Of a stretch of DNA of 64,000 nt, positions 54,948 to 63,710 are shown one piece after another. The stretch comes from an uncultured Gammaproteobacteria bacterium. Its GTDB lineage: Bacteria; Patescibacteriota; Patescibacteriia; Magasanikbacterales; GWA2-37-8. Below the pieces are notes generated by a model, which did not search any database, was not told where the DNA came from, and saw only the letters and a program-made list of their open reading frames with translations. Numbering within the stretch: the first letter of the stretch is position 1; each line of letters opens with the position of its first letter. Made by a program: the position numbers and the translations under genes. The stretch spans positions 5,418 through 69,417 of the forward strand of contig CAZXML010000004.1 in assembly GCA_964641245.1 (NCBI GenBank), written 5' to 3'.

Positions 54948-57821
54948 ATGTCATTTCTCACTAAAATTTTCGGTGATCCGAACGCCAAAGTAATCCAAAG
55001 CATTCAGCCTATAATTGCCAAAATAAATTCCCTAGAGCCGGAAATGGCCAAATTAAGCATGGCCGATTTGCGCGCCAAAACAGGTGAGTTTAGAACTCGT
55101 TTGGCAAAAAATGAAACCTTGGACGACATTTTGCCCGAGGCTTTTGCCGTCGTCCGCGAAACTTCCAAACGCTTAACCGGTATGCGTCATTTTGATGTGC
55201 AACTAATCGGCGGTGTGGTTTTGCATCGCGGCAGTATTGCCGAAATGGGCACTGGAGAAGGTAAAACTCTGGTGGGAACATTGCCTGTGTACTTAAATGC
55301 TCTGGCCGGCAAGGGTGTGCATGTTGTTACCGTAAACGATTATCTGGCCAAACGCGACGCCGTGTGGATGGGTCAAATTTACGATGCGCTGGGATTAAGC
55401 ATTGGTATTATTCAACAGCAATTAACATCATACAAATACAACGCCAATTCTGTCATTTCGCCCGCCACGTCTGTCATTCCGAGCGAGCGAAGCGACGAGG
55501 AATCTATACCGATGAAAGAAAATAAATCTTTATTAAACGGAATAGATCCCTCGTCGTCTACGGCCTCGCTCGGGATGACAGGTGAGGACCTCTCCGAAGG
55601 CAGCGTCGCCGACAAAGAACGCGACGTTAAAGGAATGTTCAAAGTAGAAGCCGAATATCTGGAACCGTGCGCCCGCCAAGAAGCGTATCGCTGTGATATC
55701 ACTTACGGAACCAACAATGAATTTGGCTTTGATTATTTGCGCGACAACATGGTGCAGAATAAACACGAAATGTCGCAGAGGCCTTTTTATTTTGCGATTG
55801 TGGACGAAGTCGATTCTATTTTAATAGACGAAGCGCGCACTCCGCTTATTATTTCCGCGCCCGCCCAGGAATCTTCCGACAAATATATTAAATTTGCCGC
55901 GCTTGTCCGCCAGTTAAAAGAAAATGAAGATTACAACGTAGACGAAAAAATGCGTTCATCCACTCTTACCGATGTTGGTTTAAATAAAATGGAAAAGTGG
56001 TTGGGGGTAGATAATATTTACGCTGAAGGCGGCATGTCTATGGTTCACCATTTAGAGCAGGCGTTGCGCGCGTACGCGCTATTCAAAAGAGACCGCGATT
56101 ATATTGTGGATAACGGCGAAGTAATAATCGTAGACGAATTTACCGGCCGGAAAATGCCGGGACGTCGTTATAGCGAAGGTTTGCATCAGGCCATAGAAGC
56201 GCAGGAAGGCGTAAAAATTCAACAGGAAAGCCAAACAATGGCTACTATTACGTTTCAAAATTATTTCCGTCTTTACGAAAAACTTTCCGGCATGACCGGA
56301 ACAGCCGTCACCGAAGCGGAAGAATTCGGAAAAATTTATAAATTGGAAGTGGTGGTAATTCCAGCCAACAAAAAAAATCAGCGTCATAATTTACCGGACA
56401 GAATTTACAAAACCGAAGAGATAAAATATAAAGCTATCGCCCAAACCGTAAAAGAACTTCAGGAAAAAGGCCAGCCGGTTTTAATCGGCACCGTGGCCGT
56501 AGACAGAAACGAAGCTCTCTCACTTTATTTGCAAAGAGAGGGGATTGCGCACGAAATTTTAAACGCCAAGAATCACGAACGTGAAGGTGAAATTATTGCT
56601 CAAGCCGGACGCGCCGGAGCGGTCACTTTAGCTACCAATATGGCCGGCCGCGGTGTGGACATTATTTTAGGAGGAAACCCGCCGGATTCTGCCGAAGCCG
56701 AAAAAGTGCGCGCCGCCGGCGGTTTGTTTGTTATCGGTACCGAACGCCACGAAAGCCGTCGCATAGACAATCAGTTGCGCGGTCGGGCCGGCCGTCAGGG
56801 AGATCCGGGTGAATCTCAGTTTTATCTTTCCACCGAAGATGATTTAATGCGTATTTTTGCCGGCGAACGCATCCGTTCGGTAATGGAAACTCTAAAAGTT
56901 CCGGATGATATGCCGATAGAACAAGGAATGATTTCCCGCATTATAGAATCTGCCCAAAAAAAAGTGGAAGGCATTCATTTTGATACCCGCAAACATTTAT
57001 TGGAATATGATGATGTGCTTAATCGCCACCGCGAAGTTATCTACGGTAAACGCCGGGAAATTTTAGACGCGTTTGAAGCGGAGAAAAATAAGACCGTAGC
57101 CGAAGGCGCTAAAACAATGCGCGAAATGATTCTGGAAATGGTGGAGCAGGAAATAGAACAGGTAATTTCTTTTCATACCAACACCGAAGACAGAAAAGAC
57201 TGGAACGTAACCGAAATCATTCAAACCGTCACCACCATATTCCCACTATCCGATGCCGAGAAAAAAACCATCACCGAATTATCCGAAAATAAGCACGAAC
57301 AAAAAATGGAAGATGCGGCCATCAGAACCGGCTTTATTGAATATTTATTAAAACTAGCCAACCAGAAATACGAAACCCTGCTGGAAAAAACCGTGCCTGA
57401 TCCGGAAATGCTGTTAGAAATAGAAAAACAGGTATTACTCCGGGCCATAGATAATTTATGGGTAGAACATTTAGTGGCCGTAGATTATTTACGCACCGGC
57501 ATTGGTTTGCGCGGTTACGGTCAGCACGACCCGCTGGTAGAATACAAAAAAGAAACCTACCGCATGTTCAACGAACTGATGAATCTTATCCAAAAAGAGG
57601 TTGTTTATTTAATTTACAAAGTTAATCTGGGAATTCAATTGGCCCCGTCGGTAATGAACAGCAATGCTTTAAATTTTAGCGGCGCCGCTAAGACGGCTGA
57701 TAGCGAAGAGTATATAGCCAATAGCGGAAAGGAAAAAGATGGCGAAGGAAAAGTTATTGGCCGCAATGACCCGTGTCCGTGTGGTTCTGGAAAGAAATTT
57801 AAGCGCTGCCATGGAGCGTAA
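54948..57821 (+). CDS. secA: Preprotein translocase ATPase SecA, carrying an in-frame palindromic insert in NBD1
   Basis: Walker A GEGKTLV, DITYGTNNEFGFDYLRDNM, DEVDSILIDEARTPLIIS and C-terminal zinc site CPCGSGKKFKRCHG. At 957 aa it is larger than typical because of the insert. Confidence 0.95.
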   Translation: MSFLTKIFGDPNAKVIQSIQPIIAKINSLEPEMAKLSMADLRAKTGEFRTRLAKNETLDDILPEAFAVVRETSKRLTGMRHFDVQLIGGVVLHRGSIAEMGTGEGKTLVGTLPVYLNALAGKGVHVVTVNDYLAKRDAVWMGQIYDALGLSIGIIQQQLTSYKYNANSVISPATSVIPSERSDEESIPMKENKSLLNGIDPSSSTASLGMTGEDLSEGSVADKERDVKGMFKVEAEYLEPCARQEAYRCDITYGTNNEFGFDYLRDNMVQNKHEMSQRPFYFAIVDEVDSILIDEARTPLIISAPAQESSDKYIKFAALVRQLKENEDYNVDEKMRSSTLTDVGLNKMEKWLGVDNIYAEGGMSMVHHLEQALRAYALFKRDRDYIVDNGEVIIVDEFTGRKMPGRRYSEGLHQAIEAQEGVKIQQESQTMATITFQNYFRLYEKLSGMTGTAVTEAEEFGKIYKLEVVVIPANKKNQRHNLPDRIYKTEEIKYKAIAQTVKELQEKGQPVLIGTVAVDRNEALSLYLQREGIAHEILNAKNHEREGEIIAQAGRAGAVTLATNMAGRGVDIILGGNPPDSAEAEKVRAAGGLFVIGTERHESRRIDNQLRGRAGRQGDPGESQFYLSTEDDLMRIFAGERIRSVMETLKVPDDMPIEQGMISRIIESAQKKVEGIHFDTRKHLLEYDDVLNRHREVIYGKRREILDAFEAEKNKTVAEGAKTMREMILEMVEQEIEQVISFHTNTEDRKDWNVTEIIQTVTTIFPLSDAEKKTITELSENKHEQKMEDAAIRTGFIEYLLKLANQKYETLLEKTVPDPEMLLEIEKQVLLRAIDNLWVEHLVAVDYLRTGIGLRGYGQHDPLVEYKKETYRMFNELMNLIQKEVVYLIYKVNLGIQLAPSVMNSNALNFSGAAKTADSEEYIANSGKEKDGEGKVIGRNDPCPCGSGKKFKRCHGA
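55451..55580 (+). mobile_element. Composite palindromic element (two inverted family B units) inside secA
   Basis: TGTCATTCCGAGCGAGCGAAGCGACGAGGAA...[50 bp]...GATCCCTCGTCGTCTACGGCCTCGCTCGGGATGACA, plus an extra TGTCATTTCG at 55451. It is translated in frame. Confidence 0.7.
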
Positions 57822-57835
57822 ACAATTCATCCAAT

Positions 57836-57880
57836 CGTTCTCTCCCCTTTTAGGGAGAGATAAAGAGAGGTGTATTACTT
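57836..57880. repeat. Family F palindromic repeat after secA
   Basis: CGTTCTCTCCCCTTTTAGGGAGAGATAAAGAGAGGTGTAT. Confidence 0.75.
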
Positions 57881-57922
57881 GTGCGTTAAGCCGGTAAAAT
57901 AAAACAGAAAGGAGGGAAACCC

Positions 57923-58036
57923 ATGTTGACTATCGTTGTGGCATTGATCGTTGACGCCATTCTTGCGGCGCTGGTTATGCTGGCTTGGCCGGTGACTTTC
58001 CCGCTGTGGGTTCTTTATCTCACAGCTCGGCAGTAG
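57923..58036 (+). CDS. Possible 37-aa hydrophobic peptide
   Basis: Strong Shine-Dalgarno sequence AAAGGAGGG 7 nt upstream. Single transmembrane helix (MLTIVVALIVDAILAALVMLAWPVTFPLWVLYLTARQ). Followed by a terminator. Confidence 0.3.
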   Translation: MLTIVVALIVDAILAALVMLAWPVTFPLWVLYLTARQ

Positions 58037-58070
58037 GCCTGCAAAGTTCTTTGTAAAGGAAAATAATCAT

Positions 58071-58103
58071 GAGAGCGGGTTTAATACCCGCTCTCTTTTT
58101 TAT
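58071..58103 (+). terminator. Rho-independent terminator
   Basis: GAGAGCGGGT TTAAT ACCCGCTCTC followed by TTTTTTA. Confidence 0.75.
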
Positions 58104-58145
58104 ATTGACCAATCAAGTTATTTAGTTTACAATAAGGACGTAAAT

Positions 58146-58220
58146 TCCCAGGTAGCGCAGCGGTAGCGCAGCTCGCTGTTAACGAGTTGGTCGTCGGTTC
58201 GAATCCGACCCTGGGAGCCA
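58146..58220 (+). tRNA. tRNA-Asn (anticodon GTT), with encoded CCA
   Basis: Manual cloverleaf. Acceptor stem TCCCAGG/CCTGGGA, D-arm GCGCAGCGGTAGCGC, anticodon loop CTGTTAA and T-arm GTCGGTTCGAATCCGAC, ending GCCA. Confidence 0.9.
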
Positions 58221-58413
58221 AATGGAATAGGGCGCAATTTCGGCGACCGTTCGCCAGCCCCTTTTCGCTAAGTAATCGAATTTTTTGTCTTTCAACACAA
58301 AGTTCGAGCCGACATTTTTTAGAAATGTACGGATTTCCGCTAAATCGCCTGTCTGGGTGACTTTTGTTATTTGTAATGGAAAATGATATAATTATAGAAA
58401 TAATTTAATAACT

Positions 58414-58893
58414 ATGAAAATAAACAACACTTTCAAACTCGTCATCGCCATATTCGTCTCTGAGTTTGCCGGCATCATCGGTTCGGTGTTTACCATGCCA
58501 TCTATCACTGGCTGGTACGCCGGTATCGTCAAACCAGCCATTAATCCTCCGGCGTGGATATTTGGACCGGTTTGGACGACGCTGTTTGTGTTTATGGGTA
58601 TCGCGGCGTTCCTAGTCTGGAAGAAAGGTTTAGAGCGTCAGGACGTAAAGATTGCCCTTAGCATCTTTGCTGGCCAGCTAGTCTTGAACACACTTTGGTC
58701 AATTATCTTTTTCGGTTTGCACAGTCCGGGTGGTGCATTGATTGAGATTGTTTTTCTCTGGCTCGCTATTCTCGCCACGATCATTGCCTTTGCGAAAATC
58801 TCCAAACCAGCCGCGTGGTTGCTCTTGCCCTACATCCTTTGGGTCAGCTTTGCCGGGTATCTCAACTATTCGCTCTGGATATTAAACTCATGA
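58414..58893 (+). CDS. tspO: TspO/MBR family tryptophan-rich sensory protein
   Basis: Five transmembrane helices with conserved Trp/Pro pattern ([23 protein letters not shown]). Confidence 0.8.
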   Translation: MKINNTFKLVIAIFVSEFAGIIGSVFTMPSITGWYAGIVKPAINPPAWIFGPVWTTLFVFMGIAAFLVWKKGLERQDVKIALSIFAGQLVLNTLWSIIFFGLHSPGGALIEIVFLWLAILATIIAFAKISKPAAWLLLPYILWVSFAGYLNYSLWILNS

Positions 58894-58906
58894 GAAAAAA
58901 GATTTT

Positions 58907-59269
58907 ATGGAATTAAACAAACTAACTCCCGAAGAAAAGCGAGTGATAATTGACAAGGGCACGGAGGCGCCGTTTACGGGTGGGTATGTGAACAATACCG
59001 CTCATGGCGTGTATGTTTGTCGGCAGTGCAATGCTCCGCTTTATAATTCCAAAGACAAATTTGAAAGCACTTGTGGTTGGCCGAGCTTTGATGATGAGAT
59101 AGATGGTGCGGTGAAGCGCACTCTTGATGCCGATGGAATCAGAACCGAAATTACCTGCGCTCGCTGTGGCGGACATTTGGGACATATATTTAAAGGCGAA
59201 TATCTGACCGACAAAAACATCCGTCACTGCGTCAATTCCATCTCATTAAAATTTATTGAAGGAAAATAA
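58907..59269 (+). CDS. msrB: Peptide-methionine (R)-S-oxide reductase
   Basis: Two CxxC zinc pairs ([18 protein letters not shown]) and the catalytic RxCxN-type region. Confidence 0.9.
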   Translation: MELNKLTPEEKRVIIDKGTEAPFTGGYVNNTAHGVYVCRQCNAPLYNSKDKFESTCGWPSFDDEIDGAVKRTLDADGIRTEITCARCGGHLGHIFKGEYLTDKNIRHCVNSISLKFIEGK

Positions 59270-59273
59270 TAAT

Positions 59274-59762
59274 ATGTCTAAAAAAATAGTTTTAGCCGGG
59301 GGTTGCTTTTGGGGATTGGAAGATTTGATTAGAAAACAGCCTGGGGCAATAAACACAGAGGTTGGCTATACCGGAGGCGAGGTGCCAAATCCAACTTATG
59401 AAAACCACGAAGGCCATGCCGAAGCGGTTGAGATTGAATATGATGAAAACATAACTTCCTATAAAAAGCTTTTGGATTTTTTCTTTCAAATCCACAATCC
59501 GACTACGTTGAACCAGCAAGGAAATGATGTTGGCACATCTTATCGCTCGGCGATTTTTTATGGAAACGAAGATGAAAGGAAAGAAGCGGAAAATTTTATT
59601 GGCATAGTCAACAAATCCAAACGCTGGCAAGATCGGGTAGTGACTTCTTTGGAGCCTTTGGGGGTATTTTATCCGGCGGAAGATTATCATCAGGATTATT
59701 TACAAAAAAATCCGGGCGGATATACTTGCCACGCCATATATTTTGATAGTTACCTAAAATAA
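59274..59762 (+). CDS. msrA: Peptide-methionine (S)-S-oxide reductase
   Basis: [12 protein letters not shown] active-site motif. Probable start [10 protein letters not shown] at 59274. The track start at 59256 overlaps msrB. Confidence 0.9.
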   Translation: MSKKIVLAGGCFWGLEDLIRKQPGAINTEVGYTGGEVPNPTYENHEGHAEAVEIEYDENITSYKKLLDFFFQIHNPTTLNQQGNDVGTSYRSAIFYGNEDERKEAENFIGIVNKSKRWQDRVVTSLEPLGVFYPAEDYHQDYLQKNPGGYTCHAIYFDSYLK

Positions 59763-59778
59763 GTAATTTAATAATCCT

Positions 59779-60369
59779 ATGAAAAAAATTATGTACATAA
59801 TACTTTTGGTCATCGTCGCCATACTTCTCGTGTGGACAGCGATTAGTTATTTTTTAAATCGCTCAATAAAAACACCTGAATATACTGTCGTAGAGAAGAG
59901 TGAAGGGTACGAAATACGTTCGTATAAACCATACCTCACAGCTCAAGTTGAAGTATCCGGTACTTATGATGAAGCAATAAGCCAGGGCTTTCGTATTCTG
60001 GCTGATTATATTTTCGGCAATAACACGAAACAGACCGGTATTGCCATGACTGCGCCAGTAGTTGAAACCGGGGATAATAAAAAAAGAATTATTTCATTTG
60101 TTATGCCATTTGAATATACGCTTGAGACGCTTCCGAAACCAAATAATCCTGAAGTGAAGATTGTCCCGCAAAAGGCAAGAAAAGTAGCGGTACTTAGGTT
60201 TTCGTGGTTTAGAAACGCTCTACGTGTCGCAGGTAAAAAACAAGGATTGTTCAAACTGTTAGAACGAGATTCCATTAAACCGAAAGGATTACCTGAATAT
60301 GCCGGATACAATGCGCCATTTACCGCCCCGTGGCTGAATAGAAACGAAGTGATGATTGAGATTGAATAA
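59779..60369 (+). CDS. SOUL/HBP heme-binding family protein, membrane-anchored
   Basis: N-terminal transmembrane helix. YE(I/V)RxY...GFRILADYIFGNN...IAMTAPV pattern typical of the SOUL family. Confidence 0.65.
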   Translation: MKKIMYIILLVIVAILLVWTAISYFLNRSIKTPEYTVVEKSEGYEIRSYKPYLTAQVEVSGTYDEAISQGFRILADYIFGNNTKQTGIAMTAPVVETGDNKKRIISFVMPFEYTLETLPKPNNPEVKIVPQKARKVAVLRFSWFRNALRVAGKKQGLFKLLERDSIKPKGLPEYAGYNAPFTAPWLNRNEVMIEIE

Positions 60370-60374
60370 CAACA

Positions 60375-60416
60375 AAAAACCGCTCATTCAAGAGGCGGTT
60401 TCTTGTTTGATTTTTA
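60375..60416. terminator. Bidirectional rho-independent terminator
   Basis: AAACCGC...GCGGTTT stem followed by CTTGTTTGATTTTT. Lies between convergent genes. Confidence 0.55.
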
Positions 60417-60432
60417 TTCAAATAAAAAAAGC

Positions 60433-60639
60433 TTACTGTTTGGCAAGCTTCATGGACATAGCGGCGAGGTAGACTGCGGCAAGGCCAACAAGGGCGTACA
60501 CGACCCTTGAGAGCACGGACATATCACCGAAGATAGTAGCCACAAGGTCAAATTTTAACAAACCGACTAACCCCCAATTTAAACCGCCGACAATTACCAA
60601 AACCAAAGAGATCCAATCTAAAGCATTTAGTTTGTTCAT
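60433..60639 (-). CDS. DUF378-family small membrane protein
   Basis: ALDWISLVLVIVGGLNWGLVGLLKFDLVATIFG matches the DUF378 signature. Confidence 0.6.
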   Translation of the reverse strand: MNKLNALDWISLVLVIVGGLNWGLVGLLKFDLVATIFGDMSVLSRVVYALVGLAAVYLAAMSMKLAKQ

Positions 60640-60780
60640 AAATTATATTTATTTATTTAAAATTGCTTAGTTTGCGTTTCGACCTTAACGCATTAACATA
60701 ATTATACCACAAATCGCGTAAAAATGTTATACTTAGTGTAGATCATGACTTCAAAAACTAAATTACAAAAATAAAATCGT

Positions 60781-61236
60781 ATGACAGCGCTATTGATTGA
60801 TACGATCGGACTGTTTCTATTCCTCGCCGGTTTTGTGATCGGCCTTGGAGCTGTAACGGTCATAGATATTCACGGCTTTCTTGGACGAAAGTCATCATAC
60901 TGGACCGAAGCTACGACGCGCACACACAAAGTGACAAAACCCATGATCTGGGCCGGCATTATACTTGCCATTATCGGCGGTTTAATTTTCTACCGAGAGC
61001 AAAGCTTTGCCGGCATTCCACTCATCCATGCGGTGATCGCGCTGACACTTATCTTGAACGGCTATTTTCTGTCTTTCAAAGTCAGTCCTTTTTTATTGAA
61101 GCGCGAGAAAGATGGCCTGTCCGGAGAACTCCTGCCTGCTTCCTGGCAAAAGAAAATCATGGCAGGCCTCATTGTCTCCGACATCGGCTGGTGGGGCGGA
61201 CTACTTCTCTTGGTGGTGTATCTTGTAGGCCGATAA
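60781..61236 (+). CDS. Hypothetical integral membrane protein
   Basis: Four transmembrane helices. No motif. Confidence 0.4.
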   Translation: MTALLIDTIGLFLFLAGFVIGLGAVTVIDIHGFLGRKSSYWTEATTRTHKVTKPMIWAGIILAIIGGLIFYREQSFAGIPLIHAVIALTLILNGYFLSFKVSPFLLKREKDGLSGELLPASWQKKIMAGLIVSDIGWWGGLLLLVVYLVGR

Positions 61237-61245
61237 CAAATATTT

Positions 61246-61758
61246 ATGAGAAAAAAGACTGTCAAAGTAAATGATAAATTCCAGAAGAATTACAAATACC
61301 AACTTACCGAACCAATGGGACGCAATTTTTATCCGGACTTCAAGCCGGAGCTCACACCAAAACAGATGCTCGCGCTCGGCGTCTTCGGCGGCAAGTACAT
61401 GACCGATTGCAAAAAGGAATTCCCCAAAGACTGGTTTACGCGAGCCAAACTTTCGCCTGAACATCACGACGATACGCTCAACTTTTTCCATAGGCATGCC
61501 AGCCAGCCACTCAAAGTCTGGCAGGAAAAAGGCTGGATCAACGAAGAACATGACCCTCGCGGCTGGTTCCAGTGGTATTGCCGCTACTATATAGGCAGAC
61601 GGCTCCCGGGCGAAGACGAACGGCAGATCAAGCGTTGGAAAGCCATTCGCCGGCATATATCGCAGATCAAGAAGAATTGCCGGCCAAAAGATTTAACTTG
61701 CCGGCCGACGCAAAGGCAGGCGGTCCTGCACTGGGCATATGACAGCCGGAAGATATGA
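61246..61758 (+). CDS. Hypothetical Trp/Arg-rich protein
   Basis: 170 aa. No motif recognised. Confidence 0.4.
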   Translation: MRKKTVKVNDKFQKNYKYQLTEPMGRNFYPDFKPELTPKQMLALGVFGGKYMTDCKKEFPKDWFTRAKLSPEHHDDTLNFFHRHASQPLKVWQEKGWINEEHDPRGWFQWYCRYYIGRRLPGEDERQIKRWKAIRRHISQIKKNCRPKDLTCRPTQRQAVLHWAYDSRKI

Positions 61759-61998
61759 AGAATGTGAGTGTGTAACGGGGGCGGGCAACTGGTTATTTTT
61801 TGGTGCCGGGATCTTTCTATTTGCCGTATATATCCTTAATTTTTAATATATTAGTTCGAACGTCGTCCGTGACCCCGAGCAAAAATTTTTATAGAAAAAT
61901 TGCCTAAAATAAGGTAATTTTTTTTATTGTTCCTTGTTGGTTTTTGTGGTATAATTAATTTATGGTCGATACACTTAATTTATTTAATTTATAAAAAT

Positions 61999-62667
61999 AT
62001 GAAAAACATCAAAAATAGCACATTGTTTGTGGCGTCCTTAGTAATGGCGTTCACATTTTTTTCTTCAGCCGCCTTTGCCAAGGCAGAAAACATTAATCAA
62101 GCCGATGTCAACGACAGTCAGGCTAGTGTCAATGCCAACCAAGCCAATATTAACGCAAATCAGGCAAAAATAAATGCTACTCAAGCTAAGGTTAACGAAG
62201 ATCAAGCCGATGTGAATGAGAAGCAGGGGAAAAGCAATGAGCTTAGCGGTGAGGAACACCGCAGCGGCGTGGCAACATTTGTTCAGAGTCTTTTAAATGT
62301 GGCCGACAGGGAACGGGGAGGAATCGGCGACCAGGTCAGAGAAATTGCTAACGCTCAGAATGACAGCAAGGAAGCTATAGCTGATGCAATTGATGCAGTT
62401 AAAAACAGAAGCGGCCTTAAAACATTTTTTATCGGGACTGATTATAAAAATATCGGTCAATTACGAAGCGAGATGGTAAAAACTGAGAATCAAATTAAAC
62501 AGCTAACTGAATTGTTGGGCCAAATGACAGTCGCCGAAGATAAAACAAGTCTTCAGGCGCAAATTCAATCCTTAGAACAAGGACAGCAGAAAATTAATGA
62601 TTTTGTAAAAGTAAACGAAGATAAATTTAGTCTTTTTGGATGGTTTGTGAAGTTGTTCAATAAATAA
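61999..62667 (+). CDS. Secreted protein with tandem 7-residue (21-bp) repeats
   Basis: Signal peptide (MKNIKNSTLFVASLVMAFTFFSSAAFA). Repeats (A/D)(N/D)QA(N/D)(V/I)N occur six times at 62095-62225. The track start at 61927 is probably too far upstream. Confidence 0.5.
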   Translation: MKNIKNSTLFVASLVMAFTFFSSAAFAKAENINQADVNDSQASVNANQANINANQAKINATQAKVNEDQADVNEKQGKSNELSGEEHRSGVATFVQSLLNVADRERGGIGDQVREIANAQNDSKEAIADAIDAVKNRSGLKTFFIGTDYKNIGQLRSEMVKTENQIKQLTELLGQMTVAEDKTSLQAQIQSLEQGQQKINDFVKVNEDKFSLFGWFVKLFNK

Positions 62668-62688
62668 AGCAAAAAGTAAATCTAAGAT

Positions 62689-62722
62689 AAACGGAGAACA
62701 ATTGGTTCTCCGTTTATTTTTA
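62689..62722 (+). terminator. Rho-independent terminator
   Basis: AAACGGAGAAC AATT GGTTCTCCGTTT followed by ATTTTTAA. Confidence 0.75.
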
Positions 62723-62756
62723 ATTCGGAAAGATTTGTAGATGGCATTTTTTTAAA

Positions 62757-63440
62757 AATTAAAAAGGCCCCGGCGAATGCGGGGCCTGTAGGCGGGGCGG
62801 GCGGGAAAGAGCGGGGGTGTGGCGGGGTGAGCTGTGACTTACTGGCCGCAGCCCGGGTGGACGACGTGGATGGTCTGCGTCACCGAGAACAGCAGATTCG
62901 CGGTGGCGTTGTTGCCCTTGACCGTACCGGTGAGAGTCACCGTATGGTCGCCGGCGCCGAGATCGGCTCCGACGGGATCCATCAGCGCGGCAGCGAGAGC
63001 GGAACCGTCCGCGCCGCCGTTGTCGTTGCCGGCGAACCAATCCGTGTTGAGGATCGTCCGCGCGTCGCCATCCGTGAGCAACGAGGTGTTTCCGTTCGAA
63101 CCGGCATTGGTCGTGTAGGCGAAGTCGATCGGGTAGACGACGGTTGAAGTAGCCGGAATGGCAACTGTGCCGTCGACTGACACCGCCAAATTCACCACGC
63201 GGCTCACCATGACCGGAAGTCCGGTCGTAGGATCGGTGCCGGGCTCCTCGAGCGAGAACGAGTACTTCCTCGGCCAGTTGGCCTTGCTCACAGCGGACTC
63301 GCCGGCGATGAGCGCCGAAATGTCCACATGAGCCGTCTCGCCGTCGCTGGTTTCACTCACCATCTCCCAGGCCGTGAATGGCCCGACAGTGGCAGTGTCC
63401 GGGTTCGGCGCGACTGCGTAGGTGTTCTGTCAAGGCTTGG
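62757..63440. other. Compositionally foreign GC-rich island (about 65% GC by eye)
   Basis: Abrupt shift from AT-rich flanks. Bounded on the left by hairpin GGCCCCG GCGAATG CGGGGCC (62767-62790), with an A-run on the plus strand acting as a minus-strand terminator. Confidence 0.6.
62839..63363 (-). CDS. Hypothetical Gly/Thr/Ala-rich protein encoded in the GC-rich island (possibly a fragment)
   Basis: 174-aa minus-strand ORF with high-GC codon usage (third positions mostly G/C). Overlapping ORFs in other frames are typical high-GC artefacts. Confidence 0.3.
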   Translation of the reverse strand: MVSETSDGETAHVDISALIAGESAVSKANWPRKYSFSLEEPGTDPTTGLPVMVSRVVNLAVSVDGTVAIPATSTVVYPIDFAYTTNAGSNGNTSLLTDGDARTILNTDWFAGNDNGGADGSALAAALMDPVGADLGAGDHTVTLTGTVKGNNATANLLFSVTQTIHVVHPGCGQ

Positions 63441-63710
63441 CCTGTATAAAAACACATTGCAAAAAGCTTTGTTTAGTGATATAGTTAAATTTACAGTCGA
63501 ACTCATTTCGCTTATATGAGCTTCGTCTCATATATTTTCATTCATTCGTCCCGACTTAGTTGGGATATAATCTATTTATCGTATGGCAAAAAGACCCACA
63601 GGCTACATAAAAAGAACAAAGTCAAAGCATTCTCCAAAAACAAAAAAGCGTTTGGAAGTAAAAAGACAAATGCTTGCCAAAAAAGCTTCTAAAAAAAGAC
63701 GTTAGTAAGC

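Noticed and set aside
55441-55680. Intein in SecA
   Set aside because: The extra segment is only about 75 residues with no intein splicing motifs (no Cys/Ser-1, no HN-C/S/T junction, no endonuclease domain). Its DNA is a symmetric palindrome shared with intergenic copies.
62759-63147. Three overlapping ORFs (62759-63040 minus, 62827-63147 plus, 62834-63118 plus) as separate genes
   Set aside because: They overlap each other and the longer minus-strand ORF inside a roughly 65% GC segment. Long open frames on all strands are an expected artefact of high-GC DNA.
63583-63705. 40-aa highly basic ORF (MAKRPTGYIKRTKSKHSPKTKKRLEVKRQMLAKKASKKRR), possibly a small ribosomal-type protein
   Set aside because: No convincing match to any ribosomal protein family that I can recall. 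An overlapping alternative 58-aa ORF starts at 63516 behind a leader-like motif. The evidence is too weak to call either.
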